Below are positions 7,364-16,728 of a DNA stretch of 64,000 bases, piece by piece. The notes beneath the pieces are model-generated. The model ran no database searches. It was not told the DNA's origin and saw only the letters and a list, made by a program, of their open reading frames with translations. Numbering within the stretch: the first letter of the stretch is position 1; each line of letters opens with the position of its first letter. The DNA lies in contig JAVXVI010000013.1 in assembly GCA_032230005.1 (NCBI GenBank), positions 1,813-65,812 of the forward strand, in the 5' to 3' direction. The stretch is from Actinomycetota bacterium. Its GTDB lineage: Bacteria > Actinomycetota > Actinomycetes > Mycobacteriales > SCTD01. The translations under genes and the position numbers were made by a program.

Positions 7364-8982
7364 AGCGGTGCCAGCAGACCGCGCTCCTGCACGGCCTGCA
7401 GCGACAGCGTCCGGTAGCCCACGTCCTCGAAGAGCACGACGATGCGGTCCCCCTCGTAGCGCATCACGACGCCCTCCCCCCAGGTCGCGTGCGCGACCCG
7501 CGACTGCAAGGCATACGGCGACTCGGCAGCGTCCGGTTGCTCGGACGCGGTACCAGCCTTGCAGGTGTCGCAGTTGCCGCACTGCTCGTCGTACGCCTCC
7601 CCGAAGTAGGCAAGGAGGTACTGCCGCCGGCAGCCCGTCGTCTCGGCGTACCCGCGCATCATCTCGATGCGTGACTTCTCCACTCGGCGGTGCGACTCGG
7701 CGACCTCGGTCGCGAGCTCCGCCGCCGCAGCTGGTTCCGGTGCGTCGCCACCCGTGTCGATGACGCCGTCGGCGCGCACCTCCACGGCGCCCGCTTGCTC
7801 GAGCAGGTTGACGAGGCCGGCCAGTCGCGTCGCGGACACGTCCATCTCGTCGGCCAGCTCACTCGGCTCCACCGGGCCGTCGGCGTGCTGCACCAGCGTG
7901 GCCACCTTCTGCAAGGCGGTCTGGTCGGGCGACCCGGAGGCGAAGAACTTGCGCAGCCCGAGGTCCTCCGGCCGGTAGAACAGCACGGCGTCCGCCGGTT
8001 CGCCGTCCCGGCCGGCGCGCCCGACCTCCTGGTAGTAGCTGTCGATCGAGTCGGCGACCTCCGCGTGCAGCACGAATCGCACGTCCGCCTTGTCGATGCC
8101 CATACCGAAGGCAGTCGTCGCCACAACGACGTCGATCGACCCGTCGAGGAAGCCGTCCTGGACGAAGGACCGGTCACCCGCCCGCATGCCGGCGTGATAC
8201 GCAGCTGCGGACATACCGTATTCGGAAAGCGCTGCGGCGTAAGCCTCCGCGCTCTTGCGCGTCGCCGTGTAGACGATGCCCGGCTTCGTCTCGCCCATCG
8301 CGCGCAGGACGACCGCCTCCCGCTTCTGCTCCTCGTCCCGGAACGCCTCCACAGTGAGGCGGACGTTCGGCCGGTCGAAGCCGCGCACCACCTGCACCGG
8401 ATCGCGCATCCGCAGCCTCGTCACGATCTCCTCGCGCACCGGTGGCGATGCGGTCGCGGTCAGGGCCAGCACGCGTGGCGACCCGACGGCCTCGATCGCC
8501 TGCGCAAGCCGCAGGTAGTCGGGCCGGAAGTCGTGTCCCCATGACGAGATGCAGTGCGCCTCGTCGATGACGAAGAGCGACGGCCGCGCCTCCGCGATCG
8601 CCTCGAGCACCTCGGGCTTGCCGAGCTGCTCGGGTGCGAGGAAGAAGAACTCGACGTCGCCGGCTGCCAGCGCGGCAAAAGCCTCCTCGCGGGCCCGCGC
8701 GGACAGCGAGCTGTTGGCTTGGACTGCCTCCCCGACGCCGAGCCGTTCGGTCAAGGCGGCGACCTGGTCGCGCTGCAAGGCGATGAGCGGACTGACGACG
8801 ACCGTCGGCCCGTCCAGCAGCAGGGCCGGCACCTGGTAGACGGCGCTCTTGCCCGAGCCGGTGGGCATGACGACGAGGGTGTCGTGGCCGGCCATGACGG
8901 CCTCCATCGCCTCCGCCTGTCCCGGTCGCAGCTCCTTCCACCCGAAGGCCTGCTTCGCCGTACGACGGACATCTGCGCGCAC
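7360..8982 (-). CDS. recQ: RecQ-family ATP-dependent DNA helicase
   Basis: 540 aa with helicase motifs: TLVVMPTGSGKS (motif I), FVIDEAHCISSWGHDFRPDY (DEAH, motif II), LALTATA (motif III), and VATTAFGMGIDKADVRFVLH / YYQEVGRAGRDG (motifs V and VI). A Zn-binding CRRQYLLAYFGE...CGNCDTC follows. Confidence 0.9.
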   Translation of the reverse strand: MRADVRRTAKQAFGWKELRPGQAEAMEAVMAGHDTLVVMPTGSGKSAVYQVPALLLDGPTVVVSPLIALQRDQVAALTERLGVGEAVQANSSLSARAREEAFAALAAGDVEFFFLAPEQLGKPEVLEAIAEARPSLFVIDEAHCISSWGHDFRPDYLRLAQAIEAVGSPRVLALTATASPPVREEIVTRLRMRDPVQVVRGFDRPNVRLTVEAFRDEEQKREAVVLRAMGETKPGIVYTATRKSAEAYAAALSEYGMSAAAYHAGMRAGDRSFVQDGFLDGSIDVVVATTAFGMGIDKADVRFVLHAEVADSIDSYYQEVGRAGRDGEPADAVLFYRPEDLGLRKFFASGSPDQTALQKVATLVQHADGPVEPSELADEMDVSATRLAGLVNLLEQAGAVEVRADGVIDTGGDAPEPAAAAELATEVAESHRRVEKSRIEMMRGYAETTGCRRQYLLAYFGEAYDEQCGNCDTCKAGTASEQPDAAESPYALQSRVAHATWGEGVVMRYEGDRIVVLFEDVGYRTLSLQAVQERGLLAPL

Positions 8983-9282
8983 GGGGGACAGAGCTGCTCC
9001 AAGGGACGACGAGGTGGTGGCGGGCCAGTACCCCGTCTGCGGCGCGGGACGCGTCAGCCGCGGGTGGTGCGGGCGTGCAGAAGTGCGCGGGAGCGGGCGA
9101 GAGCGCTGGCCCGAGGGTGCAGGCGGGCACGGAGCTCAGCCGCCTGGCGCAGGGTGTCCAGCAGCTCCCGCCGCCGGCGGCGGCGTTCTACCGCGTCGTA
9201 CGTCATCGTCGTGCTCGTCACAGCTCCCAGATACCCCGGCGAGCCCTGCGTCACCTGACCCCGAGGTGACGGAGCCCTACCC

Positions 9283-10845
9283 TCAGCCGCCGTGCGACTG
9301 GCGAGGCAGCGCCGTGACGTTGGCCGGCAGCACGGCGGACTGCAACTCGGTGCGGAGCTGCTCCAGCTCGTGCAGCACTGCGGCGCGACGCTGGTCGAGC
9401 AGGTAGAGGTCGGCCAGGCTGGCGTCCAGTCGGGCCAGGCCGGTGCGCACCAGGTCGGTGGCGTCCGGCGGGGACGCCGTGGCGGCGACCCCGTTTTCCC
9501 GTTGCGGCTCGCCCAGCTGCTCGCGCAGGGCGGCGACCTCGCGCTCGAGCTCCGCGCTGCGCTCGGTCGCGCGCCGCAGCTCCTGCAGTGCGACGTCCCG
9601 CTCGTTGGCCAGGTCTTGGAAGATCGCGAGGTCGTCGGCGTCCTGCTCCGCCTCGCTGTCGTAGCGGGCCAGCCCCAGCCGGTACCTGCCCGCGACCGCC
9701 AACGCAGCCGTCACGACAGCGAAACCGGCCGCAGCCAGCAGTCCGGCGCGGAAGCCACCTCGGTCGACGGCCCACCCGGCCGCGGCCGAGCCGCTGGCGA
9801 TGCCGACGAAGTTGGCCGTGCTCGCCCAGGTGAACGCCTCCGTCCGGCTGCGCTCGGGGGCGACCTCCGACATCAGCGTCAGCTGGACGGCCATGGCGGG
9901 CGCGATCGCGACTCCGGACACCAGCAGGAGCAGCGCCATGGTCCAGCTGCCGCGGGCGAGCAGCGGCAGGAGCCCCCCGGCGGCAACGGCAGAGAGCAGC
10001 ACGATCAGCTGCACGGCCGGTGGCGAGGCGTTGCGGCGCGCGCCGTACCACCAGCCGCCGAGCAGGCTGCCCGCGAACCACAGCGCCAGCAACGTGCCGG
10101 CGGAGGCCGCACCGCCGTGTGCCGTCGCGAAGCCGGCCACCGCGACCTCGAACGCCGCGAACCCCCCGGTGGAGAAGGCGATGATGCCGAGCAGCCAGCG
10201 CACGCCGGACGTCGCCAGCGGACCACGCCACCGGCGCGTGCTCCAGCCGGCCGCGTCCCAGCCCCGGGATGACGGCGATACCGCGAAGAGCAGCGCGCCC
10301 GCGCAGGTGAGGACCCCGCTGGCCATGACCGCGGCCGCCGGCGACAGGACCGCAGTGAAGCCGCCGACGAGAAGGGGTCCGCCCAGCTCGCACGCCTCGA
10401 TGACGAGCGCCTCCAGGCCGAACGCCGTCTCCCGCTGGTCGGCGTCAGCGAGCAGGCTCGGCCAGAGTGCCCGCATGCACGCGGACATCGGCGGGAGAGA
10501 GGCGCCGGCGAGGGCTGAGCCACCCAGGACGAGAGCGGAGGTGTGGCCGTAGGCGCCGATCAGGACGACTGCGAGGGCCACCGGGTGCACCAGACACGTC
10601 GCCACGAGGACGCCGGTCTGCCCTCGCGCGTCGACCAGGCGGCCGAGCATCGGTGCGGTGACGGCGACGGATACGGCGAAGACGGCGCTCACCGCCCCCG
10701 CGGTGACGAACGACCCGCTCGTCTGCCGGATGAACAGCAGCAAGGCCAGCAGGAGCATGCTCGAGGGCAGCCGGGCGACGAGGTAGGGCACCAGAGTGCG
10801 CGCGACGCCGGGCTGCGTGAGCACACGGCTGTACCGCCCCTGCAC
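9283..10845 (-). CDS. MFS transporter with about 130-aa cytoplasmic coiled-coil C-terminal extension
   Basis: 520 aa. Residues 1-386 form about 12 hydrophobic segments with an MFS-like loop GRLVDARG. The tail reads DLANERDVALQELRRATERSAELEREVAALREQLGE...LHELEQLRTELQ, which has heptad-like character. Confidence 0.75.
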   Translation of the reverse strand: MQGRYSRVLTQPGVARTLVPYLVARLPSSMLLLALLLFIRQTSGSFVTAGAVSAVFAVSVAVTAPMLGRLVDARGQTGVLVATCLVHPVALAVVLIGAYGHTSALVLGGSALAGASLPPMSACMRALWPSLLADADQRETAFGLEALVIEACELGGPLLVGGFTAVLSPAAAVMASGVLTCAGALLFAVSPSSRGWDAAGWSTRRWRGPLATSGVRWLLGIIAFSTGGFAAFEVAVAGFATAHGGAASAGTLLALWFAGSLLGGWWYGARRNASPPAVQLIVLLSAVAAGGLLPLLARGSWTMALLLLVSGVAIAPAMAVQLTLMSEVAPERSRTEAFTWASTANFVGIASGSAAAGWAVDRGGFRAGLLAAAGFAVVTAALAVAGRYRLGLARYDSEAEQDADDLAIFQDLANERDVALQELRRATERSAELEREVAALREQLGEPQRENGVAATASPPDATDLVRTGLARLDASLADLYLLDQRRAAVLHELEQLRTELQSAVLPANVTALPRQSHGG

Positions 10846-11027
10846 CGCTGCCCCCTCCGACGACCCGTCAGGGCTTTTTCGGCATGACCCGCCTGGAGGT
10901 GTAGTCGCCTGTCGGCACTGCCGTCGGGAGCACCTAACTACTCCGTTCGGCCCTGTGCCGACGGGCGATCGATGCCGACCCTTCGGAAAGGCCAGAACCG
11001 GCCCAACCGGACCCCACAGGAGCGCAC

Positions 11028-13064
11028 GTGATGCTCGCGGCGCGGCTGCGGCCCTCGCGGCTGAACACCTACGTGTTCGCCGTGACCGCCGCTGGCTTCG
11101 CCGTCGTGCTCGACGTCCTGCTGCGGCACCTCCCGCAGCACCTCGAGCTGCCGAGCCTCACGGCTCTGGTGCTGGCTGCGCTGCTGGTCGTGGGCGAGTC
11201 GCAGCCGATCGTCATCTCCCGCGGCGAGGACGACCTGGACGAGGTCACGATCGCGAGCACCTTCATCCTCGCGCTCGCCATCCTCGGCCCGATGTGGCTG
11301 CTGCTCGCAGCCCAGGTCGTCGCGGTCAGCCTGGACGACCTGCGCGGTCGCAAGAACCTGCAGCGGCTGCTGTTCAACAACGCGCAGCTCGTCCTCAGCG
11401 GCGCCGTGACGCGAGCCGTCTTCTGCCTCTGGACGAGTCGGTCTTTCACGGCCGATGCGTCCGGCTTCACGGTTCGCGACGTCGCGCCGGCCCTGGTGGC
11501 GGGGATGGTCTTCTTCCTCGTCAACAACGGTCTCACCGGCGTCGTCGTCGCGTTGGCACTCGACAAGCCCGTGCTGCCGCACCTGCGCGACGACGTGCGC
11601 TTCCAGCTGTCGACGTCCGGAGTGCTGCTCGCCTTCGCGCCTGTCGTCGTCGTCGCCACGACGTTCTCGCTGCTGCTGCTGCCGCTGATGATGCTGCCGA
11701 TCGCGGCCGTGCACCGGAGCGCGAAGCTGGCCGCCGAGCGCGAGCGGCAGGCGCTGCACGACGACCTCACTGGACTGCCCAACCGGTTGCTGCTCAGCGA
11801 CCGCACCGCCCGCGCGCTGGAAGCCGCCGGTCGGTCCGGCGCCGGCACGGCCGTCCTGCTGGTGGACCTGGACCACTTCAAGGAGATCAACGACACCCTC
11901 GGTCATTACGTCGGTGACCAGCTCATCCGCGAGGTCGGCTCGCGACTGCGGTCAGCCATGCGCGAGGGCGACACCGTCGCCCGGCTCGGCGGCGACGAGT
12001 TCGCCGTACTCGCCTGCGATCTCGACGGACGTGTGGATGCCGAGCAGGTGGCCAAGCGTCTCGTCGCTGCCCTGATGCAGCCGTTCAGCATCGACGGAGT
12101 GCGCCTGGACGTGCAGGCCAGCGTGGGCATCGCCCTGTCCCCGGAGCACGGCGACGACGTCGCGACTCTCATGCAGCGCGCCGATGTGGCGCTGTACGCC
12201 GCGAAAGAGCACCGCGGGACCTTCGCCTTCTACTCCCCCGAGGGCGACCTGCACAGCCTCGAGAAGCTGGCCCTGCTCGGCGAGCTCCGGGAGGGTGTGA
12301 GCAACGGCCAGCTCCGCGTCTACTACCAGCCCAAGTGCGACGCCAGCAGCGGCGTCCTCGTCGGGCTCGAGGCACTCGTGCGGTGGGAGCACCCGACCCG
12401 CGGCCTGGTCTTCCCCGACGACTTCATCCCGATCGCCGAGAACACCGGTCTGATCGGCGCACTCACGATCGAGGTCCTCGACCAGGCGCTGTGCTTCGCC
12501 CGCAAGCTCCGCGATGCAGGCACCCCGCTCGGGGTGGCGGTCAACATCTCGGTGCGCTGCCTCACCGACCTCGAGCTGCCGCGCCAGGTGGCGGGTCTGC
12601 TCGGCCGATGGGGAGTGCCCCCGGAGTCGCTCACCCTCGAGGTGACCGAGACCACGATCATGGTCGACCCGACCCGCACGATGACGGTGCTGGGCCTGCT
12701 TCGCGACCTCGGCGTCTCGCTGTCCATCGACGACTTCGGCACGGGATACTCGTCGCTGTCGTACCTCAAGCGGCTCGAGGCCAACGAGCTCAAGATCGAC
12801 AAGTCCTTCGTGTTCACGATGACGTCGAACTCCAACGACGCCGTGATCGTGCGCTCCACCATCGAGCTCGGGCACAACCTCGGTCTGCGGCTCGTCGCCG
12901 AGGGCGTCGAGGACGCCGAGACGTGGAACATGCTGCGGGTGCTCGGCTGCGACGTCATCCAGGGCTACCACCTGTCGAGGCCCCTCCCCGAGGCCCAGCT
13001 GGAGTCGTGGCTCGACGACTACCGCCGTCCACTGGCCGACGTGACGAGCCTGCGCCCGGCCTGA
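11028..13064 (+). CDS. membrane-anchored diguanylate cyclase/phosphodiesterase (GGDEF-EAL)
   Basis: 678 aa. The N-terminal roughly 240 aa form a multi-TM domain. The GGDEF domain shows DDLTGLPNR...RLGGDEFAVL, and the EAL domain shows EALVRWEHP...DDFGTGYSSLSYL...KIDKSF...EGVE. AGGAG precedes the GTG 11028 / ATG 11031 starts. Confidence 0.9.
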   Translation: MMLAARLRPSRLNTYVFAVTAAGFAVVLDVLLRHLPQHLELPSLTALVLAALLVVGESQPIVISRGEDDLDEVTIASTFILALAILGPMWLLLAAQVVAVSLDDLRGRKNLQRLLFNNAQLVLSGAVTRAVFCLWTSRSFTADASGFTVRDVAPALVAGMVFFLVNNGLTGVVVALALDKPVLPHLRDDVRFQLSTSGVLLAFAPVVVVATTFSLLLLPLMMLPIAAVHRSAKLAAERERQALHDDLTGLPNRLLLSDRTARALEAAGRSGAGTAVLLVDLDHFKEINDTLGHYVGDQLIREVGSRLRSAMREGDTVARLGGDEFAVLACDLDGRVDAEQVAKRLVAALMQPFSIDGVRLDVQASVGIALSPEHGDDVATLMQRADVALYAAKEHRGTFAFYSPEGDLHSLEKLALLGELREGVSNGQLRVYYQPKCDASSGVLVGLEALVRWEHPTRGLVFPDDFIPIAENTGLIGALTIEVLDQALCFARKLRDAGTPLGVAVNISVRCLTDLELPRQVAGLLGRWGVPPESLTLEVTETTIMVDPTRTMTVLGLLRDLGVSLSIDDFGTGYSSLSYLKRLEANELKIDKSFVFTMTSNSNDAVIVRSTIELGHNLGLRLVAEGVEDAETWNMLRVLGCDVIQGYHLSRPLPEAQLESWLDDYRRPLADVTSLRPA

Positions 13065-13083
13065 GCCGCCGTACCCTCGCCAT

Positions 13084-13317
13084 ATGACCGAGCTCGATGT
13101 CAGGCAGGGCACGTCGGAGGCACTCGAGACAGACCTCGACGACGACAGCGACGAGAACCGCATGTCCCACTACGTGCGTCGTGAGGACATCCTGCGCAGT
13201 GCTGTCGACGGCGTGCCCGCCACGGCGCTGTGCGGGAAGAAGTGGTTCCCCGGCCGGGACCCGGAGAAGTACCCCGTCTGCCCGGTGTGCAAAGAGCTGA
13301 TCCAGTTCCTGGACTGA
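13084..13317 (+). CDS. DUF3039 family small protein
   Basis: 77 aa, with an acidic N-terminus followed by HYVRREDILRSAVDGVPATALCGKKWFPGRDPEKYPVCPVCKE. This matches the conserved actinobacterial DUF3039 pattern, recognised from memory. Confidence 0.7.
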   Translation: MTELDVRQGTSEALETDLDDDSDENRMSHYVRREDILRSAVDGVPATALCGKKWFPGRDPEKYPVCPVCKELIQFLD

Positions 13318-13321
13318 CGGC

Positions 13322-14350
13322 TCAGAGGGAGATGCCGACGAGCACCGGCTCGGGGACGAGCTCGACGCCGAACCGCTGACGGACTCCGGCGCGGATCGCA
13401 CGGGCCACCCGCAGCACGTCCTCGGCCCGCGCGCCACCGCGGTTGACCAGCGCCAACGTGTGCTTCGTCGAGATGCCTGCCGGCCCGTCGAACGAGCCCT
13501 TGCCGAAGCCCGCCTGCTCGATCAGCCAGGCGGCGGAGACCTTCACTCTCCCGTCCGGCTCCGGGTACGACGGCGGGTCACCGCCCAGGCTGCGCAGCTC
13601 GGCAACGCGGCCGGCGTCCAGCAGGGGGTTGGTGAAGAACGAGCCGACGCTGCGGGTGTCCGGGTCGTCCTCATCGAGGACCATGCCCTTGGCCTTGCGC
13701 AGCGACAGGACCGCCGCCTGCACCTCTGCGACGGGCGCCTGCCTCCCGACATCGATGCCGAGCACCCGGGCCAGCTCGGCGTAGCGGACCGGCCGGCTCT
13801 GCACGTCGTACGACAAGCGGTACTGCACCGAGAGCACGACCCAGCGCTCGGGCTCGGCCTTGAACCTGCTCCAGCGGTAGGCGAAACCGCAGTCGGTCAC
13901 GGTCACGATCTCGTCGAGCAGCCGGTCGTAGGCACGAACGGCGGTGATGGTCTGCGACACGTCCTGCCCGTAGGCCCCGACGTTCTGCACCGGCGTTGCG
14001 CCGACCAAGCCGGGGATCCCGGCCAGGCACTCGATGCCGGTGAGCCCATCGGCGACGCAGCTCTCGACGAGCCCGTTCCAGTCCTCACCAGCGGCAACGT
14101 CGAGCAGGACGTCAGCACCGTCGCGCTCGGCTGCCCTGCCCTGCGACGCGATGCGCACGACCGTCCCCGGAAAGCCGCCGTCCGAGATGACGACGTTGCT
14201 GCCGCCGCCCAGGACGAGAACCGGCGCCTGGGCGACGCGCAGTGCCTCGACCACCTCGCCCTCGTCGTACACGGTCATCAGGCTCTTCGCCGGCCCGCCC
14301 ACCCGCAGGGTGGTCAGCGGGGCCAACGGCACGTCGTGACGGGCGTGCAT
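13322..14350 (-). CDS. murB: UDP-N-acetylenolpyruvoylglucosamine reductase MurB
   Basis: MHARHDVPLAPLTTLRVGGPAKSL...VLVLGGGSNVVISDGGFPGTVVRI...AGIPG.VGATPVQNVGAYG...GSFFTNP. The ATG at 14350 overlaps the rarD stop (ATGA). Track ORF 13322..14872 was trimmed. Confidence 0.9.
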   Translation of the reverse strand: MHARHDVPLAPLTTLRVGGPAKSLMTVYDEGEVVEALRVAQAPVLVLGGGSNVVISDGGFPGTVVRIASQGRAAERDGADVLLDVAAGEDWNGLVESCVADGLTGIECLAGIPGLVGATPVQNVGAYGQDVSQTITAVRAYDRLLDEIVTVTDCGFAYRWSRFKAEPERWVVLSVQYRLSYDVQSRPVRYAELARVLGIDVGRQAPVAEVQAAVLSLRKAKGMVLDEDDPDTRSVGSFFTNPLLDAGRVAELRSLGGDPPSYPEPDGRVKVSAAWLIEQAGFGKGSFDGPAGISTKHTLALVNRGGARAEDVLRVARAIRAGVRQRFGVELVPEPVLVGISL

Positions 14351-15252
14351 CACACCGGCTCGGGCACGGCAAGGCGCACGGTACGACGGCGCTGGGTCAT
14401 CAGGTCGGCGCTGAACAGGCCGAGCGCGACCCAGACCAGGCAGAACCCGATCGCCTTGGCGACGCCGAGCGGCTCGCGGAAGACGACGACGCCGATGAGG
14501 AACTGCATCGTCGGCGCGAGGTACTGCAGCACGCCCAGCGTGGTCAGCGGCACTCGCGACGCTGCCGCTCCGAAGAAGAGCAGAGGTACGGCGGTGACGA
14601 CACCGGTGAGAACCAGCAGGGACGCATGACCGGGGCTGCGGGTGAGGGTCGAGTCGCCGGTCACCTGCAGCACGACGAGGTAGCCCAGGGCCAGTGGGGC
14701 AAGCACTGCCGTCTCGACCGTCAGGCCCTCGAGCGCGCCCACCACGGCCGTCTTCTTCAGCAGGCCGTAGGTGCCGAAGCTGCAGGCGAGGGTCAGCGCG
14801 ATCCAGGGCGGCCGGCCGTTCTCGATCGAGAGCACCAGCACCGCGACGGCAGCGACACCCACGGCGGCCCACTGGGCAGGACGCAGCCTCTCGCGCAGCA
14901 CCACGACACCGAGCAGCACCGTCACGAGCGGGTTGATGAAGTAGCCGAGCGAGGTCTCCACCACCTGGTCGCTGGTCACGCCGTAGATGTAGACGCCCCA
15001 GTTGACGGCGAGGAAGACCGCGGCGGCAGAGAGCCGCCAGAGCTTGCTGCGATCGGCGGCCACGGCCCGCACGGAGGCCCAGGAGCGCGTCGCCTGGACG
15101 AGGGCTGCGACGACCACGAGGGACCAGACGACGCGATGCGCGAGCACCTCGACGGCGCCGGCCGGATCGAGAAGCGGGAAGTACAGCGGGAAGACGCCCC
15201 AGAGCAGGTACGCGGTTGCGCCGTACAAGGCGCCACGCCGGGTATCGCTCAC
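14350..15252 (-). CDS. rarD: EamA/RarD family transporter
   Basis: 300 aa, 10 TM. The N-terminus RRGALYGATAYLLWGVFPLYFPLL...VLAHRVVWS is typical of RarD. Confidence 0.8.
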   Translation of the reverse strand: MSDTRRGALYGATAYLLWGVFPLYFPLLDPAGAVEVLAHRVVWSLVVVAALVQATRSWASVRAVAADRSKLWRLSAAAVFLAVNWGVYIYGVTSDQVVETSLGYFINPLVTVLLGVVVLRERLRPAQWAAVGVAAVAVLVLSIENGRPPWIALTLACSFGTYGLLKKTAVVGALEGLTVETAVLAPLALGYLVVLQVTGDSTLTRSPGHASLLVLTGVVTAVPLLFFGAAASRVPLTTLGVLQYLAPTMQFLIGVVVFREPLGVAKAIGFCLVWVALGLFSADLMTQRRRTVRLAVPEPV

Positions 15253-15298
15253 CCGGCCACGCTAGTAGGCGGGCCAGCCAGCGAACGCCTACCCGCGG

Positions 15299-16693
15299 TC
15301 AGCCCTGGCGGCTCGTCGCCGTCCGCGCGAAAGCGCTGGGTCCGCGGCTCTGCCGGGCGTAGCCCACGCCCGTCTTCACATCACCCACCCGGTTGTTGTC
15401 GCTCCAGACGACGGCCGGCATGCCGTCCGGTCCGACGTCGACCTTGAAGAAGTCGAGCAGGCTGCGGTCGTCGCTCGAGCCGGGGAGGATCCCGCAGAAG
15501 GTGCCGAGCGTGCAGATCGGCCCGTGGTGCACCGAGTGGTTGCTGGCGATGCCGTAGATGACCTGCGGCGCGGCGGTGTCGAGGTGCCGCACCTGCGCAA
15601 GCGGGACCACCCAGTCGATGCCGTCGGCGTCCTTGTTGGGCGCATCGGTGTGGTACCAGCTGACGACGGCGACGCCGGGCCCGCCGCCGGCGACCCAGCC
15701 GAACAGGTCCTGGCCGACCGGCCGGCCGGTGAGCGCGTTGTCGACGGCGTACGGCGCGGTCCACGTCTCGCCGTGGTCCTTGGACTGCTGCAGCCACACG
15801 TGCATGGGCTGTCCCTTGTGCGCGTAGCCGGAGTAGACGGCGTAGACGTAGCCGGCGGTGTCGACGGCGTTGGCCATCCAGAAGTTGCCGTAGTTGGCGT
15901 CGTCGGCGCCGGGGTTGACCGTGACGTCGTGCCAGGACGCGCCCTTGTCCTTGCTGACGCTGATCTGGATGGAGCTGATGGGCGGTGAGCCGTACGTCGT
16001 GTCCGTCGTCGTCAGCCGGGTGGTGCCGTAGGTGACGTAGACGTAACCGCCAGGCGCCACGGTGACGTTGCCGATCGAGGTGCCGTTGTGCGCGCTCTGC
16101 GCGATGGTCGTCGGCTGCGAGTAGATGACCTGCTGCGGGCCGAAGGTCTCGCCGCGGTCGTGGCTGACGGCGACGAGCATCGTCCCAGTGCCGATCTCGT
16201 GGTACGCCATGTAGACGTTCTCGCCATGCGGTCCGTCGACGGCAAGCCACTCGCGGTCGCTCGTGCCGTTGATGAACACCTGGTGGGGGAAGGTCCTGCC
16301 ACGGTTGGTCGACCGGAAGATCGTGATGCCGTCAACGTTCAGGTCGGCGGCGAAGACGGTGCCGTCCTTCGCGACGGCCACATCGGAGTCGCCACCCTTG
16401 AGCGCGGCCTGCGTCGCGGTGCTGCGGGCAGTCGGCAGCTGGGTCCAGGTGGCGCCCTTGTCGCTGCTCCTCGCGAGCACCGCACCGCCGTCGCCCGGGG
16501 TGGTCGCGTAGACGGTCCCGTCAGGGGCGATGTCCAGTCCGGGCTCGCCGTAGCTGCTCGGGTAGGCGTACGTGTTGGCCCCGAACGTCAACCCCGGCTT
16601 GGGGATGGCCGCACCACTGGCGGCGGTAGCAGTGAGGGCCAGTGCGGCAGCTGCCGTCGCGAGAGCAACAGCGGACGGCGGGCGAAGGCGCAT
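15299..16693 (-). CDS. secreted BNR/Asp-box repeat protein (sialidase-like beta-propeller)
   Basis: Signal peptide MRLRPPSAVALATAAAALALTATAASGA. Five Asp-box-like motifs are present: SSDKGATWTQL, STNRGRTFP, SHDRGETFG, SKDKGASWHD, SKDHGETWT. Confidence 0.75.
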   Translation of the reverse strand: MRLRPPSAVALATAAAALALTATAASGAAIPKPGLTFGANTYAYPSSYGEPGLDIAPDGTVYATTPGDGGAVLARSSDKGATWTQLPTARSTATQAALKGGDSDVAVAKDGTVFAADLNVDGITIFRSTNRGRTFPHQVFINGTSDREWLAVDGPHGENVYMAYHEIGTGTMLVAVSHDRGETFGPQQVIYSQPTTIAQSAHNGTSIGNVTVAPGGYVYVTYGTTRLTTTDTTYGSPPISSIQISVSKDKGASWHDVTVNPGADDANYGNFWMANAVDTAGYVYAVYSGYAHKGQPMHVWLQQSKDHGETWTAPYAVDNALTGRPVGQDLFGWVAGGGPGVAVVSWYHTDAPNKDADGIDWVVPLAQVRHLDTAAPQVIYGIASNHSVHHGPICTLGTFCGILPGSSDDRSLLDFFKVDVGPDGMPAVVWSDNNRVGDVKTGVGYARQSRGPSAFARTATSRQG

Positions 16694-16728
16694 GCGACGT
16701 CTTTCGACGCGGCAGCGCGGTCCCCTGC

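Noticed and set aside
7360-9000. SOS (LexA) box upstream of recQ
   Set aside because: No TCGAAC-N4-GTTCGA-like palindrome was seen in the recQ upstream region.
9054-9254. 66-aa ORF (or 50 aa from the internal ATG: MTYDAVERRRRRRELLDTLRQAAELRARLHP...) between the MFS gene and recQ
   Set aside because: Third-position GC is compatible with coding. However, it has no convincing Shine-Dalgarno motif, no recognisable family and a low-complexity Arg-rich sequence, so I left it unannotated. Ribo-seq or conservation analysis could rescue it.
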